Positions 39,544-50,339 of a stretch of DNA of 64,000 bases are shown one piece after another; positions within the stretch are counted from its first letter, which is position 1, and every line of letters starts with the position of its first letter. This DNA is from Promethearchaeota archaeon. Its GTDB lineage: Archaea; Asgardarchaeota; Lokiarchaeia; Sigyniarchaeales; SOKP01. The translations under genes were made by a program, and so were the position numbers. The stretch is from contig JBHLNS010000003.1 in the NCBI GenBank assembly GCA_048941285.1, positions 64,001 to 128,000 of the forward strand, given 5' to 3'. A model generated the notes under the pieces. That model was not told where the DNA came from and did no database searches. It saw only the letters and a list, made by a program, of their open reading frames with translations.

Positions 39544-40635
39544 ATGACAACTGGAATAGTATATGATAATATTTACTTGGAACATAAAATAGGAACCCAT
39601 GTAGAAAGCCATGAAAGATTAATCGCAATTATGGATTTTTTAAAAGAAAAAAAATTACTTGAAGACCCCAGTTTTAGAATTATTAAGCCAAGGAAGGCGA
39701 CTCTTGACCAGATAAAATATGTACATAATGAAGGTATAATAAAAGAAATACAAGAAATTTGTGAATTAAGTGCTAAAACGCACCGTCTTCAATATATAGA
39801 CATGGACACCATCGCGTCTCCTAGAACTTATGAAGCTTCGTTATTCTCAGTAGGTGGAAATTTACAGGCTGCAGATGAAATTTTAGACGGTAAAGTAAAG
39901 AATGCTTTTGCTTTAGTTAGACCCCCTGGGCACCACTCTAATTCTCATCGATTCGCGGGGTTTTGCATTTTCAATAATATTGCTGTTACTGCGGAATACC
40001 TCTTTAGAGAAAAAGCTATAAAAAAAGTAGTTATTATTGATTGGGATTGCCACCATGGAAATGGGACACAAGATATATTTTATCAAGGTTCTAAATCCGA
40101 TTCTGGTGAATTAGTAATATTTAATTCTCATCAATATGGATACTTCTATCCAGGATCTGGAAATTTTGATGAAATTGGTAATGGTAAAGGTGCCGGTAAA
40201 ATCATTAATTATCCAATGCCTGCTGGCTCAGCAGATGATGTAATACCTATTTATTTCAACGAAATAATTAAACCTATCTGTGAAGAATTTAAGCCAGAAT
40301 TCATACTAATATCTGCAGGTTTTGATACGCATTGGACAGATCAGTTAACGAATATGAACTGGACTTATCAAGCTCCTGCAGAATATTTACAGAAAATCAG
40401 AACAATAGCAAAAAAATATGCTAACGAAAGAATTTTAATTACTTTAGAAGGTGGATACCAGATAGATAAACAAGCGAGAGCAGTTTATAATTGTCTAAGA
40501 GTTCTTAATAACGATGATAATAAAATGGTAAAAGAGGAAATTAGGTCCTCAGGACAAAAATTACTAGATTATTATTATAACAAATTAATTCCGGCTTTAA
40601 AGGATAAATTAAATCCATATTGGAATTGTTTTTAA
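39544..40635 (+). CDS. histone deacetylase family (class II-like) Zn deacetylase
   Basis: HVE, RPPGHH, GFCIFNN, DWDCHHGNGTQ, SAGFD, LEGGY. Confidence 0.93.
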   Translation: MTTGIVYDNIYLEHKIGTHVESHERLIAIMDFLKEKKLLEDPSFRIIKPRKATLDQIKYVHNEGIIKEIQEICELSAKTHRLQYIDMDTIASPRTYEASLFSVGGNLQAADEILDGKVKNAFALVRPPGHHSNSHRFAGFCIFNNIAVTAEYLFREKAIKKVVIIDWDCHHGNGTQDIFYQGSKSDSGELVIFNSHQYGYFYPGSGNFDEIGNGKGAGKIINYPMPAGSADDVIPIYFNEIIKPICEEFKPEFILISAGFDTHWTDQLTNMNWTYQAPAEYLQKIRTIAKKYANERILITLEGGYQIDKQARAVYNCLRVLNNDDNKMVKEEIRSSGQKLLDYYYNKLIPALKDKLNPYWNCF

Positions 40636-40742
40636 GTTATAACATACAAACACTTTTATATTTACATTTATGCTATAATCATAATTACTCCTATAAAATT
40701 ATAGAAATATTTTTAATGTAATTAAACAATAAGGAGATTAAT

Positions 40743-41657
40743 ATGTCGTACGAATATGAAAGAAATGATAATGATAAAGAAAAGAAAAAAAAACAAGCCT
40801 CTTTTCCATCAATGCCCCCACCTTCGGTAACTCCATTAACACCACCTCCTTCTATGGGTCCGCCTTCAAGAACGCCTCCAATGATGCCTCCCTCTACTTT
40901 ACAACCTCCTACTCCTTCAGCATATGAACCAACTCCTCCCCCTACTATGGAATATATAGCTGAACCAATTAGTCAAACTATTCCTTCTATTTCCACAGGA
41001 CCTTCACAAGATGAATATAATTCAATATATTCCCAACTACAAGAAAAAGATTCAAGTTTAAATCAATTGCAGTCCCAAATTAGTGATTTAAGCAGTCAAA
41101 CTTCCCTATTAAATGCTCAACTTAAAGAAAAAGATAACCAAGTAAATAGATTAACAAGTCAATTACAATCTCTGCAATCTTCAAATGAATCCTTCCAGCA
41201 ACAGGTTCAACAATTAACCAATCAAAATGCCCAGTTGCAAGCCCATATCCCGGGATTGGAACAACAGGTTCAAGAGTTGCAGCAACATAATTCAATTTTA
41301 CAGCAACAAATTGGTCCTTTACAAGCACAGATAGCCAAATTACAAGAAGAAATATTATATAAAGAAAAGCGAATACAAGAATTAAAAGAACCGAAAGCAG
41401 TTATGCCTTCTAGTTTAGCACAAGGGATCACAAATCAATCAACAACTTATAGTACTACTCCAAGTATGTCCGCCACCCCGACATCAACTCCAACACCATC
41501 CACTTCGATGGGATCAGGAAGAAGACTATGTCCTAATTGCGGAGCGAGTGGATTTGCAGTGAAAGAAGTAGAAGATAGAACAAGAATCATTAGCTATATC
41601 CCCAAACCTATCTACGCAAAAAAGCTAGTATGTACTAAATGCGGATTTGAATTCTAA
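40743..41657 (+). CDS. proline-rich / Gln-rich coiled-coil / C-terminal zinc-ribbon protein
   Basis: PPPS/PPM-rich N-terminus, ~130-aa heptad region, S/T/P linker, CPNC...CTKC; GGAG upstream. Confidence 0.75.
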   Translation: MSYEYERNDNDKEKKKKQASFPSMPPPSVTPLTPPPSMGPPSRTPPMMPPSTLQPPTPSAYEPTPPPTMEYIAEPISQTIPSISTGPSQDEYNSIYSQLQEKDSSLNQLQSQISDLSSQTSLLNAQLKEKDNQVNRLTSQLQSLQSSNESFQQQVQQLTNQNAQLQAHIPGLEQQVQELQQHNSILQQQIGPLQAQIAKLQEEILYKEKRIQELKEPKAVMPSSLAQGITNQSTTYSTTPSMSATPTSTPTPSTSMGSGRRLCPNCGASGFAVKEVEDRTRIISYIPKPIYAKKLVCTKCGFEF

Positions 41658-41907
41658 GATTATCAACTGTTCTTTTAATACTTGAATATTTATCGCACTT
41701 CTTTATAAAGAGCATCATTAATCTTAACTTTATTGAAGATTTCTTCAAACTGATTTTTTCTTTTCAAATACATTTAATTACTTCAAAAAAAAATATATTT
41801 AAAGATCCAAACAGTTTAAAAAAACAATTGGAAAATTATATATAAAAAAATTATTATTAATATTCTAAACTTTTTTTGGAAAAATTAAAGCTTCAATTTA
41901 GAATGAT

Positions 41908-44900
41908 ATGTCAGATTTAAGAGATGAATTATTAAAAGGCGGTATCAATAAAAAAAGGGTTATAGGAGTAGCATTAGTCGCAATCCTTTTGATTGGTATG
42001 TTTGCGTTCTCTACAGTTCTACTTAGTTTTCTTTTTGGAACTCAAAGACCAAACCCTAATAAGGAAAAAGCTGATACTCCATGGGAAGATGCCGATTTAA
42101 TTGATAATTATCCCTTTGATGAGGATTTTTGGCAAGATTTGTTAGATCAAGTAGATGATCCCGCTTCTCTTCTTGATATGTTATCAGAAATGTTTGATGG
42201 AAATATTGATGATTTAGATTTAGGTAATTTTTCTCAAGGATTACTTGATCTTCTCTATTCAGGAGCGGGAGAAATTGAAGTTTTTAGAGTGTATAACTAT
42301 CTCTTATTTGATAATATGGAAGATGTTTTATGGAAATATGAAGCCTTTGATGAATACAATGGTGAGGGTTGGACGTCAAATGCAGTTAGTAATCTTTACA
42401 ATTTCTACACTTACGGTGATTATCTCGCAAATTATTTCCCCGATCCTGAAATTTTAAAATTAAAAATGCCTTTATCTCCTAATATTGGGCTTAATTCGAT
42501 GAATCTACCTACTCTCTTTCCTAGTCCTTTTGTTATGGATACAATTTCTGCACCTAATTTAAATCCGACTCCACGTACATTATATAAAGATGAATATAAT
42601 TGTACCACAATAGATCTTTCATTTTCTTCTGCTGATGATGTAAATATGACATTTGAGATATTTGGTTTTTATAATTCCTTACCATCAAATGAAGAATTGA
42701 ACAATAGTGCAGTTATTGTTACTAATCCTACGCCTGAGTATTTGAGTTTAAAGAATAAATTTTTACAATTACCTCCTACAATTCCAGTCTATAAGACTAA
42801 TAATCCCTATTTTACTAATCACTTTAATATCCTTAATAATCAAATAAATGTAAATGATCATGCTTTTTGGAAAGCAAATAAAATCAGAAATTATTTGCAA
42901 ACTCAATTTTCATTTCCAATGAATCCTACCGACTTTAATCCTGCTCCAGATGGAAGAGACATTGTTGATTGGTTTTGTCAAACTCAACAAGGATTATGGT
43001 CTGATTTTGCTTCAGCTTTTTGTGCTTTTGCAAGAGCTTTTGGAGTTTTGTGTCGATTTGTTGATGGCTTTAATAGTATGATGATTGAAGAAATTTGGGA
43101 TAATGATGAAGGTCAATGGGGATTCGCGATAAAATATAAAAATCTTTATAATTGGGCAGAGATATATGTCCCAACCGATATTTATGGAAATGGAAAATGG
43201 GTACAATTTGATATTTTTGACAGCTTTGGAGGTGGAGGAAGCCCAATAATTGGAGGGAATTATAACATTACAGTTTCAACCGATCAAGCTGCCTATAACC
43301 GACCAGATACAGCTAGTATAACGGCTAGTGTTAATTCAAACACAAACCCAATAAATAATTTAACTATAACTTTCAGAGATTATACTACTGGGAGAATACT
43401 AGGACAAGATGATACAGATTTGAGTGGAATTGCTACAATCCAGACTAATTTTAATGCTACTGACATCGTTGGTCCTCATTTAATTGAGGCAAGATATGAT
43501 TTTTTTAATGCAGGTTATAATCTTACGACTATATTGGGAGATATTTCAATTGCTTTAACTAATGTTAACCCTGGACAAATAAATGTCTCTGATTATCTAC
43601 CAGATGTTACTAATGTTGCAGGGTTTGTATATGATCCATTAAATGGAAATGGAGTAAAGGGTCCTGAATTAAATATCCGCTTGTTAAGAAAGGGAACCAA
43701 TAGTGAAATAATTAATCCATTTTCGCCTTCAGCAATAAATACTACATATGATGGTGATTTCAGTGATTTCTTGAATCTTAATCACAATACTGCTGGAAAT
43801 TATGAAATCCGAGCTGATCTTAACGGAACTTGGTGGGTTGACACTCCTTTTGGGCCCTATTCATACGCTCTCTTATCTTTCATATTTCAAGTTCCTTATT
43901 TCTATATATCAAATTCAAGCAATAGACTTGATTTTAATATCACAAAATCTTTAGATGTGTGGTTTTATATCGATGGTTCACCATCGAATTATCCGAATAT
44001 ACCTAGAGTTTCTAGATACCATAATTTAAATCTAACTGCGGAGGTATTTTCGGTTACTTCGGGACCAATATCAAACAAACGTGTATTTTTTTATGATCAT
44101 TCAAGAGGAGATATTCTGATTGGCTCTGACATTTCAGATCTAAATGGGATTGCCTCAATTATTTATTCTGTTGGAGATAATTGTGCTGCTGGACCTAATT
44201 TATTATATGCAAACATTGGTTTACAAAGTAATTATTCTTATTATATCTTAGATGAACAGCCTACAATAAATATACTTTCTGGCCCAACACCTCGTATTAT
44301 AAACCGTACGGGTGGTGGTGCGACGGAATTTAATATTATTGGAGAAATTGTTGATAGCACAAATAACTCTTTACCTATAAAATATTCTGAAATTAGCTTA
44401 ATTTTATTGAAGAGTGGATTGGATTATTCATCATATTTAAACCCAAGTGATAGTTATCCTTATCAAACTGATGAAACAGGTACTTTTGATTTGACATTCG
44501 GAGTAGCTGCCAATATACCCCCTGGTAATTATACACTAAGATTAGATTTTAATGGTACTATTAATCTTTCATCCTATCCTTATTCGTATCTTTTCAATAT
44601 ACCTTACTTAAATACTTCTACTTACTTTGTTAATGAATTACAAATCGATTCACCAACCAGTTTACAATTTGATTTTTGGATAAATGGAATTGCATCTGAT
44701 GATGCGATCAATCCAGTTATTAATCGTAATGATGATCTTAATCTCACAGTATTGATTCAATATAGTGGTATGCCAATAGACGATGGAGAATGGGTTTACT
44801 TCTATGATTTCACTCAAGATAATCTGTTTATTGGTTCAGATCAAACAAGTTCAGGGAATGCTGAAATTATTTATTCTACAGGATTGAATACTACAGCAGG

Positions 44901-46386
44901 CCCACATCTGATTTATGCCACATGGAATAATAAATATAATTATTCTTATTTTATTTTGGATGCCCCTATAAATGTGAATCTTGATATCTGTCCACAACCT
45001 AGGGAAGTCAATCGCAGTGGAGCAGATGGGAGAAATTTCTTAATTCATGGATATCTAAATGATGCTTTTAATGGAAATCCAATAAAAAATGGAGAAATAA
45101 ATGTCTTTATGTATGATGGACCTACTGACGTATCATTTTATTTAAATCTAGTTTCAGGCTCTTTACAATTAGGGTCATCAGGAGAAATAGATTTAACTTT
45201 TTCCGTTTCAAGCTCAACTCCCGCTAAAAATTATACTTTACGAGTTAATTTTTATGGTATTTTTATATATACAAATCCTTATTATCCTCAATTTTTCAAT
45301 TTATGGTATATAAATAATTTTACAGATACAGCTCCTGGTTTAAATGATCTCAGAGTTATCGATCCAAATGATGTAGATATTTACTTCTTTATAGATGGAA
45401 ATCCAACACAAACGTTTTATTGGGATGGGAATCCTCCTGAGATATATAATCGAGGAGATCTAATCAATTTCAGTGTATTTATTCTTCAAAGTGGACTTCC
45501 AGTTAGTTCTGGTACTGTTTCATTTACAGATATTTATACGGGTACCCCATTGGGAACTCAATCTGTAATTAATGGAAATGCTTCTATTATAGTTGATACT
45601 TCTAGTTGGCATGCGGGACTTCATCAAATAAGAGCTCAATGGTCTGGATCTGATACAACAAATATGACATATGTGGTGATAAATGAACATATTAACATTT
45701 TTAGCAATACAGATCAAAGTTCAATTTTAAGAGATATTGATAATTTTATTGTTTCAGGTACAGTCAGGGAACATGGAGAATTTTTAAGAGGCCTAAATCT
45801 AAATATTGTTTTATTAGATAACTCTTATTCTGACGTTTCAGGTCTATATTTAATTGGTGCTCAGACATTAACTATTAATAATGATGGAACTTATCAATTT
45901 TTTAACTCAATCGCCTTATCTTGCCCACAAGGAGATTATTTTATTAACATTAGTTTTACAGGTGGTTTAAACGCTCCAGGAATATCTATGAGTGATTATA
46001 TGGTTCATAATAGTAGCTTACTAATCTCAATTGATATTACCGCAAGTACTTATATTCTTGGAAATTATGAGACTAACGTCGTTAAAGATGATTGGTATTA
46101 CGGTGACGATTGTTATGTGTATGGAAATCTATATTGGGATAATGGAACTGCAATACCGTTTATGGAAATTAATGTGACTATTAGAGATGGAACGGGATCA
46201 ATCTTAGCTACTCAAGTAGGATTTACTGATATCAATGGATTTTTTAATCTAACTTTTATTGTCGGAGATTGGTTAGATAACACCGAAGTTTGGGTCAACT
46301 TTTATCCCGATGATCCAGACAATTTTGGTGTTCCTGAGGGATTATTTATTATTTTAACAGAGCAAGAAGTGTTTAGGCAAGTTTAA
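41908..46386 (+). CDS. large membrane-anchored surface protein: transglutaminase-like domain (degenerate) plus Ig-like repeats
   Basis: N-terminal TM; GLWSDFASAF..RFVDGF..YNWAEIY..WVQFD TGase-like core; GGGG linker; repeated GPHLI and GNY..R..F.G beta modules; many NxS/T sequons. Confidence 0.8.
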   Translation: MSDLRDELLKGGINKKRVIGVALVAILLIGMFAFSTVLLSFLFGTQRPNPNKEKADTPWEDADLIDNYPFDEDFWQDLLDQVDDPASLLDMLSEMFDGNIDDLDLGNFSQGLLDLLYSGAGEIEVFRVYNYLLFDNMEDVLWKYEAFDEYNGEGWTSNAVSNLYNFYTYGDYLANYFPDPEILKLKMPLSPNIGLNSMNLPTLFPSPFVMDTISAPNLNPTPRTLYKDEYNCTTIDLSFSSADDVNMTFEIFGFYNSLPSNEELNNSAVIVTNPTPEYLSLKNKFLQLPPTIPVYKTNNPYFTNHFNILNNQINVNDHAFWKANKIRNYLQTQFSFPMNPTDFNPAPDGRDIVDWFCQTQQGLWSDFASAFCAFARAFGVLCRFVDGFNSMMIEEIWDNDEGQWGFAIKYKNLYNWAEIYVPTDIYGNGKWVQFDIFDSFGGGGSPIIGGNYNITVSTDQAAYNRPDTASITASVNSNTNPINNLTITFRDYTTGRILGQDDTDLSGIATIQTNFNATDIVGPHLIEARYDFFNAGYNLTTILGDISIALTNVNPGQINVSDYLPDVTNVAGFVYDPLNGNGVKGPELNIRLLRKGTNSEIINPFSPSAINTTYDGDFSDFLNLNHNTAGNYEIRADLNGTWWVDTPFGPYSYALLSFIFQVPYFYISNSSNRLDFNITKSLDVWFYIDGSPSNYPNIPRVSRYHNLNLTAEVFSVTSGPISNKRVFFYDHSRGDILIGSDISDLNGIASIIYSVGDNCAAGPNLLYANIGLQSNYSYYILDEQPTINILSGPTPRIINRTGGGATEFNIIGEIVDSTNNSLPIKYSEISLILLKSGLDYSSYLNPSDSYPYQTDETGTFDLTFGVAANIPPGNYTLRLDFNGTINLSSYPYSYLFNIPYLNTSTYFVNELQIDSPTSLQFDFWINGIASDDAINPVINRNDDLNLTVLIQYSGMPIDDGEWVYFYDFTQDNLFIGSDQTSSGNAEIIYSTGLNTTAGPHLIYATWNNKYNYSYFILDAPINVNLDICPQPREVNRSGADGRNFLIHGYLNDAFNGNPIKNGEINVFMYDGPTDVSFYLNLVSGSLQLGSSGEIDLTFSVSSSTPAKNYTLRVNFYGIFIYTNPYYPQFFNLWYINNFTDTAPGLNDLRVIDPNDVDIYFFIDGNPTQTFYWDGNPPEIYNRGDLINFSVFILQSGLPVSSGTVSFTDIYTGTPLGTQSVINGNASIIVDTSSWHAGLHQIRAQWSGSDTTNMTYVVINEHINIFSNTDQSSILRDIDNFIVSGTVREHGEFLRGLNLNIVLLDNSYSDVSGLYLIGAQTLTINNDGTYQFFNSIALSCPQGDYFINISFTGGLNAPGISMSDYMVHNSSLLISIDITASTYILGNYETNVVKDDWYYGDDCYVYGNLYWDNGTAIPFMEINVTIRDGTGSILATQVGFTDINGFFNLTFIVGDWLDNTEVWVNFYPDDPDNFGVPEGLFIILTEQEVFRQV

Positions 46387-46396
46387 TAGTTTAAAG

Positions 46397-48007
46397 ATGG
46401 TGAAATTAAAGATAATGATAAATTTCAGAATTCCAAAATATATAAAAAAAAAATCTAAAATATTATGGATTTCTGTTATGTTATTAATTATTTTTTTTAA
46501 TATAACACTATATACTAATCTTTTTTCGAATAGTTCTTACCTTAAACCTAAAAATAACCCAAAAATGTCTTGGTTTTGGGCAACATTAGATCTTACAAAT
46601 CCAAGTGAAGTTAATAATTCAAGGTTTACTCACTCTGAGTTTATTTCTGTTAAAGGACATGTCTATAACAAAATTGATAAAACTAATAAATCAGGAATTA
46701 ACGTTGCTATTGAAATAGATGATAGTGTTGATCTGAGTTATACAGATATAACCGATGGGTGGGGTAGATTTAATATTAATTATATGATTGATCCCTTACT
46801 TGATATTTATTCAAGTCATAAAATAGAAGTGATAGTAACAGATACAGAACCAGGAGGGCCTGGAAGTGAAATCGAATATCACCATTTCTATATCATAAAT
46901 GTAAATGCTACATCATATTTTGATATTATTTCGTATGATGATTTATCAAACCCTAAATTAACTGAAGAAGATTTTAATTTAAATGGATTTATATATTATG
47001 ACAATGGAAATGGAATCCCTTTTGTAAGTGTTAGCTATTATTGGCTAGATGGACCTTCAATTATCTCTCAAAGTTCTTTTTTTACTGATGCTACAGGTTC
47101 ACTAGAAAGCGTACAAGTTCCGATCACAGCTTCAAGTCAATTGTCTCTGAAATTTAATTACTCAGATACGCCATTTGTTGAATACTCAGAAATCTCAATT
47201 TCAAATATTAAAGTATTTTCTGATGTAGCATGGAATTTAGACATTGAATATACAACGAGAGAAGGAGCCGCATATGATTTAAGTGGGACTCTAACATCTC
47301 TAACAGATCCTACACTAAGAATTAGTAATAGAGATGTTGAGGTTTATTTTAATGGTAGCTATGTTGATACAGCAACAACGGGGTCTAATGGTAGATTTAC
47401 CTCTAGCTTTCAAGTTCCACAAGGTAATGGTACAGCATCTATTCAAGTTCAATTAGTTAATTCAGCAGGAAAAGACATTAGATCACCTGTCCAATATATA
47501 TTAGTGGAACCAGCGCTTCCATCAAATCCAGGAGGAGGTGATTTGCCCCCATTCTTGATTTTTTCTTTAATATTTTTTCCAATTTTGGCGGGTATTGTTG
47601 CAGGCTTAGTAGTATATGGTTTAAAATATTATAAAAAACAAGAAAAAGAATCCCGGGTGGTAAATCTACCACTCGAATCAAGAATTAAAAATCTTAAAAT
47701 TTTAAAAGATTCAGGAAGATTAGAAGAATCGATATCGTATTTATTTAATGCTATTTATATGGATTTAATTAATGCTAAATATAATAGAATAAGAAAAGAA
47801 AACGAGACAATTAGAGACTTTGCAATTGTTTCAGTAAAAGAATTAAAATTAACACCATCCTCAATTTACCCTTTTATTCAAAAAGTTGAGGAAATAATAT
47901 ACGCAAAACCTTTTAAAATAACAGAAAAAGATTTCTATAATACTTGTGAATTATTTTCACCAATATACTTCCAATTAACTGGATTTAATTTTACTTTAAA
48001 TTTTTAA
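46397..48007 (+). CDS. membrane protein with extracellular Ig-like domains and cytoplasmic DUF4129-like domain
   Basis: N-terminal TM, beta-rich TDxxGxF modules, second TM, ETIRDFA...VEEIIYA. Confidence 0.7.
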   Translation: MVKLKIMINFRIPKYIKKKSKILWISVMLLIIFFNITLYTNLFSNSSYLKPKNNPKMSWFWATLDLTNPSEVNNSRFTHSEFISVKGHVYNKIDKTNKSGINVAIEIDDSVDLSYTDITDGWGRFNINYMIDPLLDIYSSHKIEVIVTDTEPGGPGSEIEYHHFYIINVNATSYFDIISYDDLSNPKLTEEDFNLNGFIYYDNGNGIPFVSVSYYWLDGPSIISQSSFFTDATGSLESVQVPITASSQLSLKFNYSDTPFVEYSEISISNIKVFSDVAWNLDIEYTTREGAAYDLSGTLTSLTDPTLRISNRDVEVYFNGSYVDTATTGSNGRFTSSFQVPQGNGTASIQVQLVNSAGKDIRSPVQYILVEPALPSNPGGGDLPPFLIFSLIFFPILAGIVAGLVVYGLKYYKKQEKESRVVNLPLESRIKNLKILKDSGRLEESISYLFNAIYMDLINAKYNRIRKENETIRDFAIVSVKELKLTPSSIYPFIQKVEEIIYAKPFKITEKDFYNTCELFSPIYFQLTGFNFTLNF

Positions 48008-48121
48008 AATCAAATGTAAAAAAACTCAAAATAAAAATTAAAAATAAGTACAAAGAATTATAAATTCAAAAAAAATTAATAATTAAATTATTCGAAAAAA
48101 TATGAAAATAGGTAGAAAATA

Positions 48122-48499
48122 ATGGCACAAAAGAAAAAAAAGCAGGCAGAACCAGAGATTAATATTAAGCAGAAATTTGATAACGTGAAGATTTTAGTTG
48201 ACACTAACAGACCCAAGGAGGCAATAGCTTATATATATCTAGTATATGATGATCTAATTAATATAAAATTTAAAAAACCCAGATTAGCTCATCAAACAAT
48301 TCGCGAATATGCTATCGCCTGTGTAAACCAATTAGAAAACAAATTAAAACCAGAATTTGTGTATCCATTTATAAAAAAAATAGAAGATATAATCTATGGT
48401 GGGGTTGAACCTACAACTAAAGACTTAAATTTTACAATTGATTTGTTTGCTAACTTATATAACGAAATAACGGGGAAATCTTTCACTTTTAGCCTGTAG
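48122..48499 (+). CDS. stand-alone DUF4129-like helical protein (paralog of the preceding C-terminal domain)
   Basis: EAIAYIY..DLINIK..QTIREYA..YPFIKKIEDIIYG aligns with the C-terminus of 46397..48007. Confidence 0.7.
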   Translation: MAQKKKKQAEPEINIKQKFDNVKILVDTNRPKEAIAYIYLVYDDLINIKFKKPRLAHQTIREYAIACVNQLENKLKPEFVYPFIKKIEDIIYGGVEPTTKDLNFTIDLFANLYNEITGKSFTFSL

Positions 48500-48554
48500 G
48501 TTTAATGTGAATTATTATCTGCTATAGACTCAAAATATTAAAAAGTAATCACAT

Positions 48555-50339
48555 ATGGTAAAACAAGCAAAAGCATCTCAAAAGAGTATTAATATTTCAA
48601 AAGGTATAGTTTTTTCTTTCCTAACTATATATTTAGTCGTTTTTGGAGTTATCATTAGTGATTTTGTCATCCACATTCAACAAGAAAATCCAACTGAATT
48701 GCCCGTTTGGTGGGGTATTTTATCCTATGTTCCCCTTTTATGTTATTTTGGCGCAATTTTTAGTGGAGTTTTTCTTATCATATTTTTAAGAAATGCTACA
48801 AGTGCAAAAATTCGTCAAACACAATCAAGAAAGAAGATTAAATCGGGTTCAATATATAAACAAGCGTTATTTGTCATTATTTTTATCTTTGCTTTTGTTC
48901 CTTTACTTTCTCCTATAATTGATCAAGGAGTTAATAATCAGAATTTTTCAGTTTATAATTCCGCTTGGAATGGGGCTTCAGACTTTAAAAAAGCTATTGA
49001 AGATGATGGGTATGATGTTATGACGGTACAATCAAGTCTGAGTGCTACTGATCGTTTAATAAATACAACCATTAATAATAATAGAAAGGAATCTATATTG
49101 TTGATTTTACTAGGTCCAAATCAATTTTATGATCCTATTTTTGAGATACCTTATTTTATTGAATTTTTTAAAGGAGATAATTCACTTCTAATATGTCATG
49201 ATCATGGATCCACAAGTACGTTATTATGGGAAATTCTAGTCGCAAGTTTATTTGATCCCACTATTAATATTCCATTAACAATATTTCCTAATGGGATTTT
49301 ACGAGATAATGAATCTTATAACCCTACCCCTGAATTTCCCGTGATTAAGAATTTTGCTTCTCATCCAACAAGAGATACTCCATACTTTATTAATGAAGTT
49401 ATACTTTCAGTTGCTTCTTGTGCTGTAGGAGGACCTTTTCTTAGTGGATTCGGTTGGACTTCTGTAGGTACTTCCCAACCTCATTCATTTGTAGATAAAA
49501 ATAATGATGGGAGATATTCCGAACCTGAAGATGCCCTTAATTTGGGTTTTATGAGTCTTATAGACTTAGGTTTCCCACTTCCTACCACATTTCCGCTTGG
49601 AGTATATGAACAGCATGTATTTCTAGCCAACGATATGGGAAGACAACGATTATTTGTATCTGCTGATGCTAGCTTGTTTAATAATGAATTAATTAATGAA
49701 CCTGGTTATGATAATATGCTATTTGGATTAAATATTATCCAATGGCTAACTCAAGTAAATGAAGGAAAGACTAGAGAAGAATGGATTGTTGTTTTTGATG
49801 AAGCCCATATTAGACCAGAATATTCGCGAGACCTTTCATCAGCAGGAATTTTTGGATATGTTATGCAATACATTGTACATTTATCAACAAATCCTATCAC
49901 AGCATGGATTTATCCTCTACTTGCTTTTTATACATTAAGAAAATACCTTCCAAAAAAAGATAAAAAGAAGGAAGAACAAAAAATAGCAGAACAAGAAGAA
50001 AAAAAAGAAGAAATAGCTAGATTTAGAACCTCTTCCTTTTTTGCACAGAAAATTGAGGAATATAAAGATAAAATGAAATACGGAGATGCATTGAAACTGC
50101 TTTATAGAAGATTAGAAAGAAAATTAAATAGTCAATTAGGAGGAGCAAAAATTACAACACAAAATGTGGTAGATTTAGTTATTGCTAAAGACCCCTCAAC
50201 CACCAAATTAAAAACTAGGAGATTGAGTAAGTTTATAGATAAGATTTTAGCAATTAAAGAAGGAAAAGATAAAGTTAAAACTGAACAAGATTTCGAAGAA
50301 TTGTTTTTCGAAATGGACTGGGCAGTTAATAATATTTAA
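48555..50339 (+). CDS. membrane protein with DUF4350-like extracellular domain and helical C-terminus
   Basis: 3 N-terminal TM, FSVYNSAWNGASDF, ADASLFNNELI, VVFDEAH, TM, LYRRLERKL tail; operon context with MoxR/DUF58. Confidence 0.7.
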   Translation: MVKQAKASQKSINISKGIVFSFLTIYLVVFGVIISDFVIHIQQENPTELPVWWGILSYVPLLCYFGAIFSGVFLIIFLRNATSAKIRQTQSRKKIKSGSIYKQALFVIIFIFAFVPLLSPIIDQGVNNQNFSVYNSAWNGASDFKKAIEDDGYDVMTVQSSLSATDRLINTTINNNRKESILLILLGPNQFYDPIFEIPYFIEFFKGDNSLLICHDHGSTSTLLWEILVASLFDPTINIPLTIFPNGILRDNESYNPTPEFPVIKNFASHPTRDTPYFINEVILSVASCAVGGPFLSGFGWTSVGTSQPHSFVDKNNDGRYSEPEDALNLGFMSLIDLGFPLPTTFPLGVYEQHVFLANDMGRQRLFVSADASLFNNELINEPGYDNMLFGLNIIQWLTQVNEGKTREEWIVVFDEAHIRPEYSRDLSSAGIFGYVMQYIVHLSTNPITAWIYPLLAFYTLRKYLPKKDKKKEEQKIAEQEEKKEEIARFRTSSFFAQKIEEYKDKMKYGDALKLLYRRLERKLNSQLGGAKITTQNVVDLVIAKDPSTTKLKTRRLSKFIDKILAIKEGKDKVKTEQDFEELFFEMDWAVNNI

